Of a DNA stretch of 64,000 bases, positions 31,127-39,957 are shown in pieces (the first letter of the stretch is position 1; each line of letters begins with the position of its first letter). The translations under genes and the position numbers were made by a program. Origin of the DNA: Cenarchaeum sp. (GTDB lineage Archaea > Thermoproteota > Nitrososphaeria > Nitrososphaerales > Nitrosopumilaceae); assembly GCA_965206845.1 (NCBI GenBank), contig OZ242221.1, positions 192,001-256,000 of the forward strand, given 5' to 3'. The notes under the pieces were generated by a model. It made no database searches and was not told where the DNA came from. It was given only the letters and a program-made list of their open reading frames with translations.

Positions 31127-33278
31127 TGCCGACCAGATCCCCCAACGATATCATCCAGAGATTGCGCGTCTTATCAACGCTTAGTCTGACCACATCAGAT
31201 CGCCCACCAAATATGATCGAGCGATCCCCAAAGGTGCCGACTATGCCGTGGGGGGCGCCGCTGTGCCGGAGGATCTCCGCGATACGCTCCACATGTTCCG
31301 GCCTTGCCACCAGAAGGTACCTGGAGTGGCTCTCAGAGAATAGCAGCCGGTGCGCCGCCATGTCATCTGACGGCACCTGTTCCAGATCTACCATGCAGCC
31401 GATATCAGATGCCATGCACATCTCGCTTATCGCCACTGCCAGGCCGCCCTTGGAGCAGTCGTGCGCCGCTTCCAGCAGGCTCTTTCCTATCAGATCGAGC
31501 ACGCAGGACATGTTGCGGACAGATGCCGCGGGATCCACTCTAGGGCACCTGCCGCCCACAAGCCCGTGTATGTGCTCCAGGTACTCAGAGCCCCCCAGCT
31601 CGTCCCTTGTCTCGCCAAGTATGATCAGCACGCTGCCTTCCTTGATCGCAGACGGCCGGAGCACACAATTGGATAGGCCCAGCACGCCGATTACCGGGGT
31701 GGGCTTGATCGGGCCGCGGGGGGTCTCGTTGTAAAAGCTCACCTTGCCGCCGACGCAGGGTACGTTGGTGTACCGGGCAAACTCGGATATACCATTCAGG
31801 GCCTCCTTGAAGGTCCAGAATATCTCCGGATCCTCGGGACTGCCAAACTGCAGGTGATCCACCATCCCCACGGGCCTGGCTCCGGTGCACGCCACGTTCC
31901 GGCAGGCCTCCTCAAAGCACCCCACCGCCCCCTGCCTTGGATCCAGGTAGCAGTGCTTGGGGTTCCCGTCCATGGTCGCTGCCAGGTACCTCCCGTTGTC
32001 CAGCCGCAGCACGGCGGCGTCTCCCCCGGGTCTCACCACGGTACGGATTCCCACCTCGTGATCATACTGGCCGTACGCCCAGACTCGAGACGAAATATTG
32101 GGCGACGTCAAGAGCCGCAGGAGCGCATCCGAGAGATCTTCCGGGGGCATGATCCCGGCATCACCGGGCAGGGAGGACAGGTATTCTGGCCTCCTTGAGG
32201 GCCGGTCAAGCAGCTGCGCGTTTGCAACCACTCCTGCCGGCATGCTGGCAAGCGTGTCCTGACCGCTCCTGACATGCATGATGCCGTCCCCTGTCACACT
32301 GCCGATGGCGGAGCACCGGATTCGGAACTTGCTGCATATCTCCTGGAGACGGGCCAGTTTGGCCTCAGGCGTTATTATCAGCATCCTTTCCTGCGACTCG
32401 GACGTCATTATCTCGCCCGGCAGCATGTCTGCCTCGCGCAGGTGCAGGCGCGACACATCCATGTCTATTCCCACCGAGAGCGCGTCGGCGGTCTCAGACA
32501 CCGCACAGGACAATCCGCCACCGCCCAAGTCCTTCATGGCGTGAATCAGATTCTGGTTCCTGGCCTCCAGCACCGCCTCGATTATCAGCTTCTCTATGAA
32601 GGGATCCGGTATCTGCACTGCCGAGCGATTCTGGGATTCAAGCGAGTCGGACGCAAACTGCGAGCCGCCTATCCCGTCGCGGCCCGTGGGACCGCCCAGG
32701 ATGACCACCACATCCCCCGGGACGGCGCGGTTCCGTATGAGGCGGTCGCGCCTGCCAAAGCCTATGGCCGACACGTCCACCAGTGCATAGTCGGTATACG
32801 ATTCGTCAAACTCCAGCTCCCCGCCGACGGTCGGAATGCCCAGGCAGTTCCCATAGTCGGCGATTCCGGCCACCGCGTTTCGCAGCAGCCACCGGGCACG
32901 GGCGTCGTTTCGGATGTCGCCAAACCGCAGGCCGTCAAGTATGGCAATGGGCCTTGTTCCAGCAGAGAGTATGTCCCGTATCACGCCCCCCACACCGGTG
33001 GCGGCGCCGCCGTACGGTTCGACCGCAGAGGGGTGGTTGTGGCTCTCGATGTGGACCGTAACCACGTAGCCGTCGCCCACATCAAGCACGCCAGAGTCAA
33101 AGCCCCTCTCGCTGATTACTGCCGGGCCGTCTCGCGGCAGGCAGGAGAGGTGCCTCTTGGATGACTTGTAGGAGCAGTGCTCTGACCACTCTGCTGCAAC
33201 AATGTGGATCTCCGTTGGGGTGGGATCCCGCCCGAGCCCCCTCTTCAGGTGTTCCATCTCGTCTGGCTCAAGGCTCAA
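31119..33278 (-). CDS. purL: Phosphoribosylformylglycinamidine synthase subunit PurL
   Basis: WSEHCSYKSS, ESHNHPSAVEP, SESQERM, YDHEVG. Confidence 0.96.
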   Translation of the reverse strand: MSLEPDEMEHLKRGLGRDPTPTEIHIVAAEWSEHCSYKSSKRHLSCLPRDGPAVISERGFDSGVLDVGDGYVVTVHIESHNHPSAVEPYGGAATGVGGVIRDILSAGTRPIAILDGLRFGDIRNDARARWLLRNAVAGIADYGNCLGIPTVGGELEFDESYTDYALVDVSAIGFGRRDRLIRNRAVPGDVVVILGGPTGRDGIGGSQFASDSLESQNRSAVQIPDPFIEKLIIEAVLEARNQNLIHAMKDLGGGGLSCAVSETADALSVGIDMDVSRLHLREADMLPGEIMTSESQERMLIITPEAKLARLQEICSKFRIRCSAIGSVTGDGIMHVRSGQDTLASMPAGVVANAQLLDRPSRRPEYLSSLPGDAGIMPPEDLSDALLRLLTSPNISSRVWAYGQYDHEVGIRTVVRPGGDAAVLRLDNGRYLAATMDGNPKHCYLDPRQGAVGCFEEACRNVACTGARPVGMVDHLQFGSPEDPEIFWTFKEALNGISEFARYTNVPCVGGKVSFYNETPRGPIKPTPVIGVLGLSNCVLRPSAIKEGSVLIILGETRDELGGSEYLEHIHGLVGGRCPRVDPAASVRNMSCVLDLIGKSLLEAAHDCSKGGLAVAISEMCMASDIGCMVDLEQVPSDDMAAHRLLFSESHSRYLLVARPEHVERIAEILRHSGAPHGIVGTFGDRSIIFGGRSDVVRLSVDKTRNLWMISLGDLVGSG

Positions 33279-33955
33279 CGCGTTGCACCGGCTTTTTTGA
33301 TAAGCGACTCAAAGATGAGCGAGGACTGCTTGTAGCCTGACGGGTTTATCGCGGCCTCTGCGGCCCTCTCGGGGTGGGGCATCATGCCGACCACGTTTCC
33401 CTCCTCGTTGCAGACCCCGGCTATGTTGCCTGACGAGCCGTTGACGTCTGTAAGGTACCGAAAGACTATCCGGTGGTTCTCCTCCAGCTCCCGAAGCGTC
33501 TGCTCGTCGGCAAAGTAGCGGCCCTCGCCGTTGGCTATGGGAACCGGTATCCTCTGGGAGGGGTACATCCTGCGGGTAAACGGGGTGCTGCAGTTCTCGA
33601 CCTGCAGCTCCACCCACTGGCACATGAACTTTTGCGACCTGTTTTGGATCAGGGCCCCTGGAAGGAGCCCTGCCTCTGTCAAGATCTGAAAGCCGTTGCA
33701 GACGCCCAAGACCGGTACCCCGTTGCCTGCCGTCTCCTTGATCTGCGGTATGATGGGGCTGTGCGCGGCAATTATGCCGGCCCTCAGCCGGTCGCCATAA
33801 GAGAAGCCCCCGGGGAGCACTATTGCATCCATGTCTCCGGGCAGCCGATCCTCGTGCCAGATCAGGCTTGCATCTAAATGATAAACATCCTTGAGAACGT
33901 GGAGCATGTCACGATCACAGTTGCTGCCAGGAAATACGATTATCCCGACCTTCAC
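33275..33955 (-). CDS. purQ: Phosphoribosylformylglycinamidine synthase subunit PurQ
   Basis: FPGSNCD, PGGFSYGD, GVCNGFQ, GMMPHPER. Confidence 0.96.
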   Translation of the reverse strand: MKVGIIVFPGSNCDRDMLHVLKDVYHLDASLIWHEDRLPGDMDAIVLPGGFSYGDRLRAGIIAAHSPIIPQIKETAGNGVPVLGVCNGFQILTEAGLLPGALIQNRSQKFMCQWVELQVENCSTPFTRRMYPSQRIPVPIANGEGRYFADEQTLRELEENHRIVFRYLTDVNGSSGNIAGVCNEEGNVVGMMPHPERAAEAAINPSGYKQSSLIFESLIKKAGATR

Positions 33956-34066
33956 GGTGTAGACAGGCAGAGACGGCTATTTAATTCAAGGTGTGTCAGA
34001 GTGGGCGCAGGATTCCTGCCACCGCCCAAAGGCCGGCCTGAACCTGTCAGTGGGTTGAGGGACATT

Positions 34067-34129
34067 ATATAAAGAACTTGTCAATGAGTTGACAAGCGTC
34101 ATATAAAGAACTTGTCAATAAATTAACAA
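34067..34129. repeat. Direct repeat with embedded palindrome at the left island edge
   Basis: ATATAAAGAACTTGTCAAT at 34067 and 34101; CTTGTCAA-TGAG-TTGACAAG perfect palindrome. Confidence 0.7.
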
Positions 34130-34450
34130 ATCTGTAGTCCGAAAAGTAGTTCACCCCCGGCGGGACTGGTGGATCCCTTAGTTCATAATCCGGCACAAGT
34201 ACAGCACGATCCCCTTCATGGGGATCCAGGATCTAACTGCGCGACATCTGTGCCCGACGTATGCGGCGCCAGCCTGGTCATGTGGTGCGGGTCTGATGGA
34301 ATCCACCCAGCATACGCGGCTTATTTTGGATCCTTCCCACCGTTCTAGCTCCCGCTGTTCAGCCTTGGGTTGTTTTCCATCAATATACAGACTGCAAGGT
34401 TCCCCTACCCCAGCACCACCCTGAATTGGCAGGAGACCGGCAGCCTACTT

Positions 34451-34777
34451 CTAGCAGTGCAGATGCGCATAGGTTGGGTATCCGTGTCTTTGTGTGTCGC
34501 ACCGCATTCCCTCGATGCGGCGACCAGACCCTGTTGCGCTTGTGCGGCGCTCCAGGCCGAGCCGAAGGAGATCCCGGAGGCTGTCCAAGCCTTCTTCGCC
34601 ATACCGCTTGAGCCAGCCGTGCACCCATCTTTCAGACTGCATGAGATCTGCTACCGTCTCATCAATGTCCTTCTTGCGCACACGAACCATGTGCACGGCA
34701 AGAATCCGAGCCCTTATTCTGGAATCCTTTTCTCTCCGGTGCGCTTTTTTGAGATCGTCTTTATTTGTCCTTCTCAT
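34451..34777 (-). pseudogene. IS630-family transposase OrfA (HTH) remnant
   Basis: EKDSRIRARILAVHMVRVR...WLKRY..EGLDSLRDL, closely similar to the 47510-47779 OrfA. Confidence 0.85.
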
Positions 34778-34956
34778 AGCACGTCTGGGATTGACGGATC
34801 TAGCAAACTTTCGGTTAGGGGATTAAAGTTTGGAGCGAATTTTTGCGTGCAGCTACGGTTGCATCCCTACATTACCCGTAAAAAAACAGAGAGAACATGG
34901 CACTCTTGGCGTAGTGGCAAGACACTGTTCATTTTTGGTGATCTGGCTTGCACGGG

Positions 34957-35199
34957 GGCTCTGGTAAATTCTGGTGATCTCTACCGTCCACTGTTCAAAA
35001 GTGTGTTATAGGATCTTTCCTGGATTCGATCCCGCCACATTTCGTCACGGTGCTAGAAAGTGCGGCGCATTCAACAAGGCTGCTCAAAAGTGAGCTCACT
35101 CATATTTGCACCTTGGTGGTAGATTTTTGTGATCTCGATCCATTCTTTTCTTGACCCTAGTAAACATTAGTGATCTGATCACCAAAATCTGCCAGAGCC
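34957..35199. mobile_element. 243-bp non-autonomous element with IS6-like ends, copy 1
   Basis: TIR GGCTCTGGTAAATTCTGGTGATC / GGCTCTGGCAGATTTTGGTGATC; second copy at 41866. Confidence 0.8.
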
Positions 35200-35503
35200 C
35201 CTTGGCCTTCCGCTCCGGGGGAGATCCCGGAGGCTGTCAAGGCCTCCCAGATCATAGCGCTCTACCCACATGCGGATCCAGTTAGGACACTGCATGGGGT
35301 TTTCTGCTGTCTCGTCTATCCCGAGGCCGCGGATGCGCACCATGTGGACTGCAAGCATCCTGCTACGTACTTTTGGATCCTCCTCCTTTTTGAACGCAGG
35401 TACAGCTCCCCTCTTGTTTTCGCCATGCATCGTCTAGGCAGATTCGATCAATATTCGTTCCGGTCTGGCTTGTTTTTTCTCCAAAAACTTAGTCTCGTCA
35501 CTA
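35200..35503 (-). pseudogene. IS630 left end and truncated OrfA
   Basis: EDPKVRSRMLAVHMVR...RDLPRSGRP; CTATAG end near 35501; cut by the 243-bp element. Confidence 0.8.
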
Positions 35504-35614
35504 TAGTTGGAGGAACGCATTTGTGTTAACTGGGATCATTACTGTGGATACAGGTTCCCTTCCGACTTACCGTTACTTTAGGTCGGGTTCACTTCCAGCA
35601 CTACCTTAGACTAT

Positions 35615-36061
35615 TTATTCTGAGAACTTTTGACAGTGGTTGACAAGCCTTTTTGTAAAGTAGTCCCAGCCTGTATGATGTTCCTTGAATAGCTCTTGTG
35701 GTTTTCCTGTAAATCCAGAATGAAGCAATTCTACTTTGGTTTTGTTGTTACCAATGTTATGCAAAGTCCAACTCACAATAGTTTTTGGAAAATCAGAAAT
35801 ACCTTCCGGGATCCATGTGTAGGATAATTTTTTGTTTGGAACAAACTCTACGATCTCTCCATTGGGATAAAAATCTCGATTCAAATTTTCAGCTTTTTTT
35901 GCATAAAAAGTAAATCTTACCTTTCCACCAATTCTTGGTTCTAAGACTACAACGTCTGGAAACCATTGAGTAAGTTCGTCTTCTGCAGTTAGTGCTCGAA
36001 ATACGGTTTCTACAGATGCATCAATCTCTATTATTTTTCTAATTTCCATGCTTTTTCTCAT
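35615..36061 (-). CDS. SRPBCC/AHSA1 domain protein
   Basis: I.IDAS.E.VFRALT..D.L.QWF, .P.KKLSYTW, T.V.L.HSGF, GW. Confidence 0.85.
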   Translation of the reverse strand: MRKSMEIRKIIEIDASVETVFRALTAEDELTQWFPDVVVLEPRIGGKVRFTFYAKKAENLNRDFYPNGEIVEFVPNKKLSYTWIPEGISDFPKTIVSWTLHNIGNNKTKVELLHSGFTGKPQELFKEHHTGWDYFTKRLVNHCQKFSE

Positions 36062-36372
36062 CTTTTCCTACTGTTCTTCTCCTTGTTTTGGACAAATTCC
36101 TTGAGAGAGTCCAGTTGGTAACTCCACAAACTCTCAAAGAACTTTAGAAGCTCCAGCGCTTTTTTCTGGTTAATAGAATAGTATCTGTTTTTCCCCTCCT
36201 TGATTTCTGTAACCAAGTCAGCATCCCTTAGAACTCTAAGATGAACAGATACTGCCGCAAACGTAAAATCAAAGTGTTTAGAGATCTCGCTGGGCGTCAT
36301 GGGGTGCTTTTTTAGTAACACCAAGATCTTTCTTCTGCTGTCATCTGCTATTGCCTTCCACGGTGATCCCAT
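36058..36372 (-). CDS. ArsR/SmtB family transcriptional regulator
   Basis: KAIAD..RRKIL..L, AVS.HL.VL..A.LV...K.G..RYY. Confidence 0.88.
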   Translation of the reverse strand: MGSPWKAIADDSRRKILVLLKKHPMTPSEISKHFDFTFAAVSVHLRVLRDADLVTEIKEGKNRYYSINQKKALELLKFFESLWSYQLDSLKEFVQNKEKNSRKR

Positions 36373-36400
36373 AAGCTTAAATAATCAAGCATATATTTAA

Positions 36401-36892
36401 ATGATAATGTCAAATGACGCGATTTATCGTAGTATAAATTGGAAAAGGCTGGCATCTGCCGCTCCTTTGGTGGCGGTAATCCACATGTTCTTGCTTTATG
36501 GTCTGTTTATGAATCCAATATCACTAAATGTGATATTCAGTGAAAATATGGGACAAAGTGACAAGTTGATTGCGGTTTGGAATACTTTGGAACCTATTCC
36601 ATCTGAGATATCACTGACGCCAGCATTGATCATCACTCCCATGATCTTCAGCTTCCTTTTCGCTGTGCTCTATGAGTCAATTCCAGGTAATGGAAGACTT
36701 AGAAAGGGGTTCTTTTTCGGAATTATGTGGTGGGGAACTGCTGCAGTGTTTTTTGAGTTGTTCACGCCCCTGGGATTGTTTGGAGAACCGTTACATTTGC
36801 TTGGTTATGAACTGTTTTTGTGGTTTGTAGGATTGGTTGCTGTAGGAGTAATACTTGGTATCATTTATGTTCCAAAAAGTATTTCAAAGTAA
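36401..36892 (+). CDS. Membrane protein (about 4 TM)
   Basis: Hydrophobic segments; divergent from ArsR; AT-rich. Confidence 0.75.
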   Translation: MIMSNDAIYRSINWKRLASAAPLVAVIHMFLLYGLFMNPISLNVIFSENMGQSDKLIAVWNTLEPIPSEISLTPALIITPMIFSFLFAVLYESIPGNGRLRKGFFFGIMWWGTAAVFFELFTPLGLFGEPLHLLGYELFLWFVGLVAVGVILGIIYVPKSISK

Positions 36893-36942
36893 TCAGAAAT
36901 TACGTGTTAGAATAGATTCTAAATCATAAGTCTAATTCCGGA

Positions 36943-37056
36943 AGCCTTCAAAAGTGCTGGTGCAAGTCCTGCGGCAAGCATTTTTCCACGAACCTGAAGC
37001 TCGAGAGCATGCACACAGATCCAGAAACGATCACGGCCGCGATGAACCTATATTTT
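36943..37056 (+). pseudogene. Transposase zinc-ribbon fragment (IS6/IS1-type)
   Basis: Translates LQKCWCKSCGKHFSTN..ESMH.DPETITAAMNLYF; truncated by the 77-bp MITE. Confidence 0.6.
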
Positions 37057-37133
37057 GGCACTGTTCAAAATTGTGGATCACGGTTAAAATCAGTTCAGCC
37101 AGCACCGCCAGATCACCCTGTCTGAACAGTGCC
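37057..37133. mobile_element. 77-bp MITE with IS6-like TIR
   Basis: Perfect 11-bp TIR GGCACTGTTCA; related partial end at 34921. Confidence 0.75.
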
Positions 37134-37242
37134 AGTGTGATTTCACATGCGCGTCCGAGAAGAAAGAATGGACGCTCCAGATGCCGTCAATCATGAACAT
37201 GAACAGGAGGCGCGAGGAAAGCATGGGGGCCGCGATGCCAGA

Positions 37243-37689
37243 TCCTTCAACTCCGATCTCTCCACATGGGACGTCTCGGGCGTGACTGACATGTCAGAAA
37301 TGTTCCTCGCCGCCTACTCCTTTACCCAGGATCTGGGCAGCTGGTACATCACGCTTGATGACACATCTATTGACGATGGCGACGCCACTAGGGCAGTCGG
37401 GAATATTTCGGCACAAAACTCCTTCCTTGGCGGCCAGTCTCTTAGATACAGCATAGCCCCAGGCGGAGATGGTGACGCTTTTGAAATTGACGGAACTGTC
37501 CTGAAGCTAAAATCAACTCCAAATTATGCCAGCAAGAGCTCTTACACCGTAACCATATCGTCGACTGGTGCGTTTGGCACATACGAACAGGGGGTCGTGG
37601 AAGGGAATCCGCCCCTTGCCGTAACCACATCGTCGACTGGTACGTTTGTCACATCCAACTCAGAGACGTTTAAGATCCGGGTAGTGTAG
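37243..37689 (+). pseudogene. 5'-truncated copy of the DUF285 surface protein (one repeat plus cadherin-like domain)
   Basis: Near-identical to 41248-41622; no signal peptide. Confidence 0.8.
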
Positions 37690-37884
37690 GCATTTAGATC
37701 TGGTGCAGGGACTGCCAGACGGTAAACACCGGCGACCTTGTCCAAGAGCGGTACAAAGCCCCATTTCTGTAGCCCGAAGCGCAGTATGCCTCCCTCAAGA
37801 CAGGGACGATGCAAGCACGTTCCACGTTGAGCCGATCCGAGTCAGCCTTACAAACCTGTCAGGTTGCCAGCGCATGGCCTGAAT

Positions 37885-37962
37885 TACACTGTTCAATCTG
37901 CGAGACTTTTGGGTTTTTTCAGGAATGAAAACTATGAAAACCCCCGAAGATTGAACAGTGTA
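37885..37962. mobile_element. 78-bp MITE
   Basis: Perfect 15-bp TIR TACACTGTTCAATCT; left part repeated at about 41817, right part at 49975-50011. Confidence 0.78.
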
Positions 37963-38264
37963 TCCTACAGTACACTGTTAACTATTCGAGTGGTTTCCCC
38001 AAATCAGACCAGGTGTTAACTTAGGGTGGTGGAGCGTTAACTTAGGGTGGTGGGTTTTAGGCGTGCCGCCAGGCGTTGACATCCATCATGTAATGAACAT
38101 GTATGGGGAAATGCCATATTCGTGCCATGATGACATGCCTGCCCATGTGGGACAAGCTGGAACAAGGCCGGATTGGGAAGTCGTCAGAAGCGTTCCGAAC
38201 TGCCTAACACATCATGTTCTTGGTTTAATACTAATTTAAATGCAAATTACCACAACCATTCCAA

Positions 38265-39152
38265 ATGCTGAAAATTATGATACTTGGTATCGCGCTTACA
38301 GCGATCGCGCTGTCAGTCACGATATATGTTGCCGACTCCAAAACGGTTCCGCTGTCGCTCGCGCAGGAACGCGGCGACACCCAGATGTATGACGTGGTAT
38401 GCACTGACAACCTAGGGACAATCAGCTCATTCCCGGTCGTCTGCATGTCCAGACTACCAAACATTGGAGAGACTGCGATAGTGGAGATAACGTACGCCAA
38501 TACGCTGTCCGTTGACGTCACTGACACTGAAGAGGATAGAACATGGCCGGGTTTTACGACTGGCTGGAGGGTACATCATGGATTTGAGGTGGTGGATTCT
38601 GGCGGTCTTGAATATGAAACATTATACGTGAACGCGACGGGTTCAACGTTGGCCGGATATACAGCATTTACACCGTTAAACGTTGGAGAATCAATCACGT
38701 ATCGCATTGAAGTCAGAGCAATTAATGAAGGTTACAGCTTCATTTCAGGCATAGGATATCTTGAGATGTCAAATATGATGCACTTGTATCTTGATGACGA
38801 GGAAACACTGCAATACCAAGAACACCGGACGAGATATCCAGATATGCATCCAGTTCCGAAGAGCACGCCATATGTCAAAAGCACGGAATTATTCCCTCCT
38901 CTAACAGACGAGGAACGCGATGCAGCCACAGAATACGTTCCGCCGTCGCGCGAACGGCTTGCCGACTTCTTTAAGGCGTATTTTTCAAGCGACGATACCG
39001 ATGACACCATAGGCGAAGCGATGGATTTCGTCCAGCAAATGGGTGGCCACCTGAACTACACCCTGGCTGACCTCAAGGAGATACTCGGAGGTGCGGGGTA
39101 CACTAACGACGAGATCGAGTCTGAGTGGTCGAACCGCGCGCCGACGCGGTAA
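38265..39152 (+). CDS. Secreted hypothetical protein
   Basis: Signal peptide MLKIMILGIALTAIAL, Ig-like beta-rich middle, TTTAAA upstream. Confidence 0.7.
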   Translation: MLKIMILGIALTAIALSVTIYVADSKTVPLSLAQERGDTQMYDVVCTDNLGTISSFPVVCMSRLPNIGETAIVEITYANTLSVDVTDTEEDRTWPGFTTGWRVHHGFEVVDSGGLEYETLYVNATGSTLAGYTAFTPLNVGESITYRIEVRAINEGYSFISGIGYLEMSNMMHLYLDDEETLQYQEHRTRYPDMHPVPKSTPYVKSTELFPPLTDEERDAATEYVPPSRERLADFFKAYFSSDDTDDTIGEAMDFVQQMGGHLNYTLADLKEILGGAGYTNDEIESEWSNRAPTR

Positions 39153-39384
39153 GCAACCCCATGACTGACTCCGTTCCCACAGGAGTGGACGAAACCTACA
39201 CCGTCAGCGCCAATTGATAAATGCGGCGCCCGAATCCGCATTCTTTGGGAGAAGCACAAGATGCCGCGTCCGGAATGATGAATCCGATGGCAGCCTGGAG
39301 CGCGTTGGTTGGACTGGGTTGGTCAGGATCCACGATTTTGATGATGATTTACCTGCAAGTTGCCAGAGCCAGCTTACCACCCTA

Positions 39385-39913
39385 CACCGCCGAGTATAAT
39401 TTCGTGAACAACCGCCAGATTTGATGCAGGCCCGAAGATAGGATTGCCGAATTTCTTCCAAGTCGCTTGTTGTTTTTGTCCCAAAATACAGGTTCGTTTA
39501 GATCCGTGAAGGGTCGTGGGCGGCCGTTTACCGTTTCCGGACCTGCGTGCGCACGATCCCCTGTGCGCCTGCTGGCGCCTGCCTATGCTTTTCTGTAGAG
39601 GTACTTCTCGATGTCAAGTTTTGACAGGGGCGACCTCAGCCACTTGTCGATGTCGCTGCACATGGAGCTGAACCGGACGTACGGCACGTCCAGGACCGCG
39701 TGTTTCATCTAGCGCCACACCCCCTCAATCGCGTTGAGGTCGGGACAGCCGGGAGGCGGACAATCGCGGGGAGGTATTTGCGTGCCTTTTCCAGGCGCAT
39801 GCCGTACTGTCGCACCAGGCCTGCGCTGGCGGTTCCGTATTTTTTTTGCCGCCGGCTGTCCAAGGTGGGTCTGTCGGAATCCACCTAGCATACGCGGCTT
39901 ATTTTGGACCCTT
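39385..39913 (-). mobile_element. Internally deleted IS630 remnant
   Basis: 39385 to about 39750 matches 44116 onward, including the terminus CACCGCCGAG after TA; PPGCPDLNAIE motif; 39876-39913 matches 34298-34335. Confidence 0.8.
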
Positions 39914-39957
39914 TCCCAGCCCCAACTTACAGATCCTTTAATTGATATCGTCCGTCA

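Noticed and set aside
29696-33955. Absence of purS as evidence of pathway loss
   Set aside because: purS can be encoded elsewhere; this cannot be judged from one window
34031-34050. att site duplicating the SRP RNA 3' end
   Set aside because: Only GGCCTGA (7 bp) is shared, which is expected by chance
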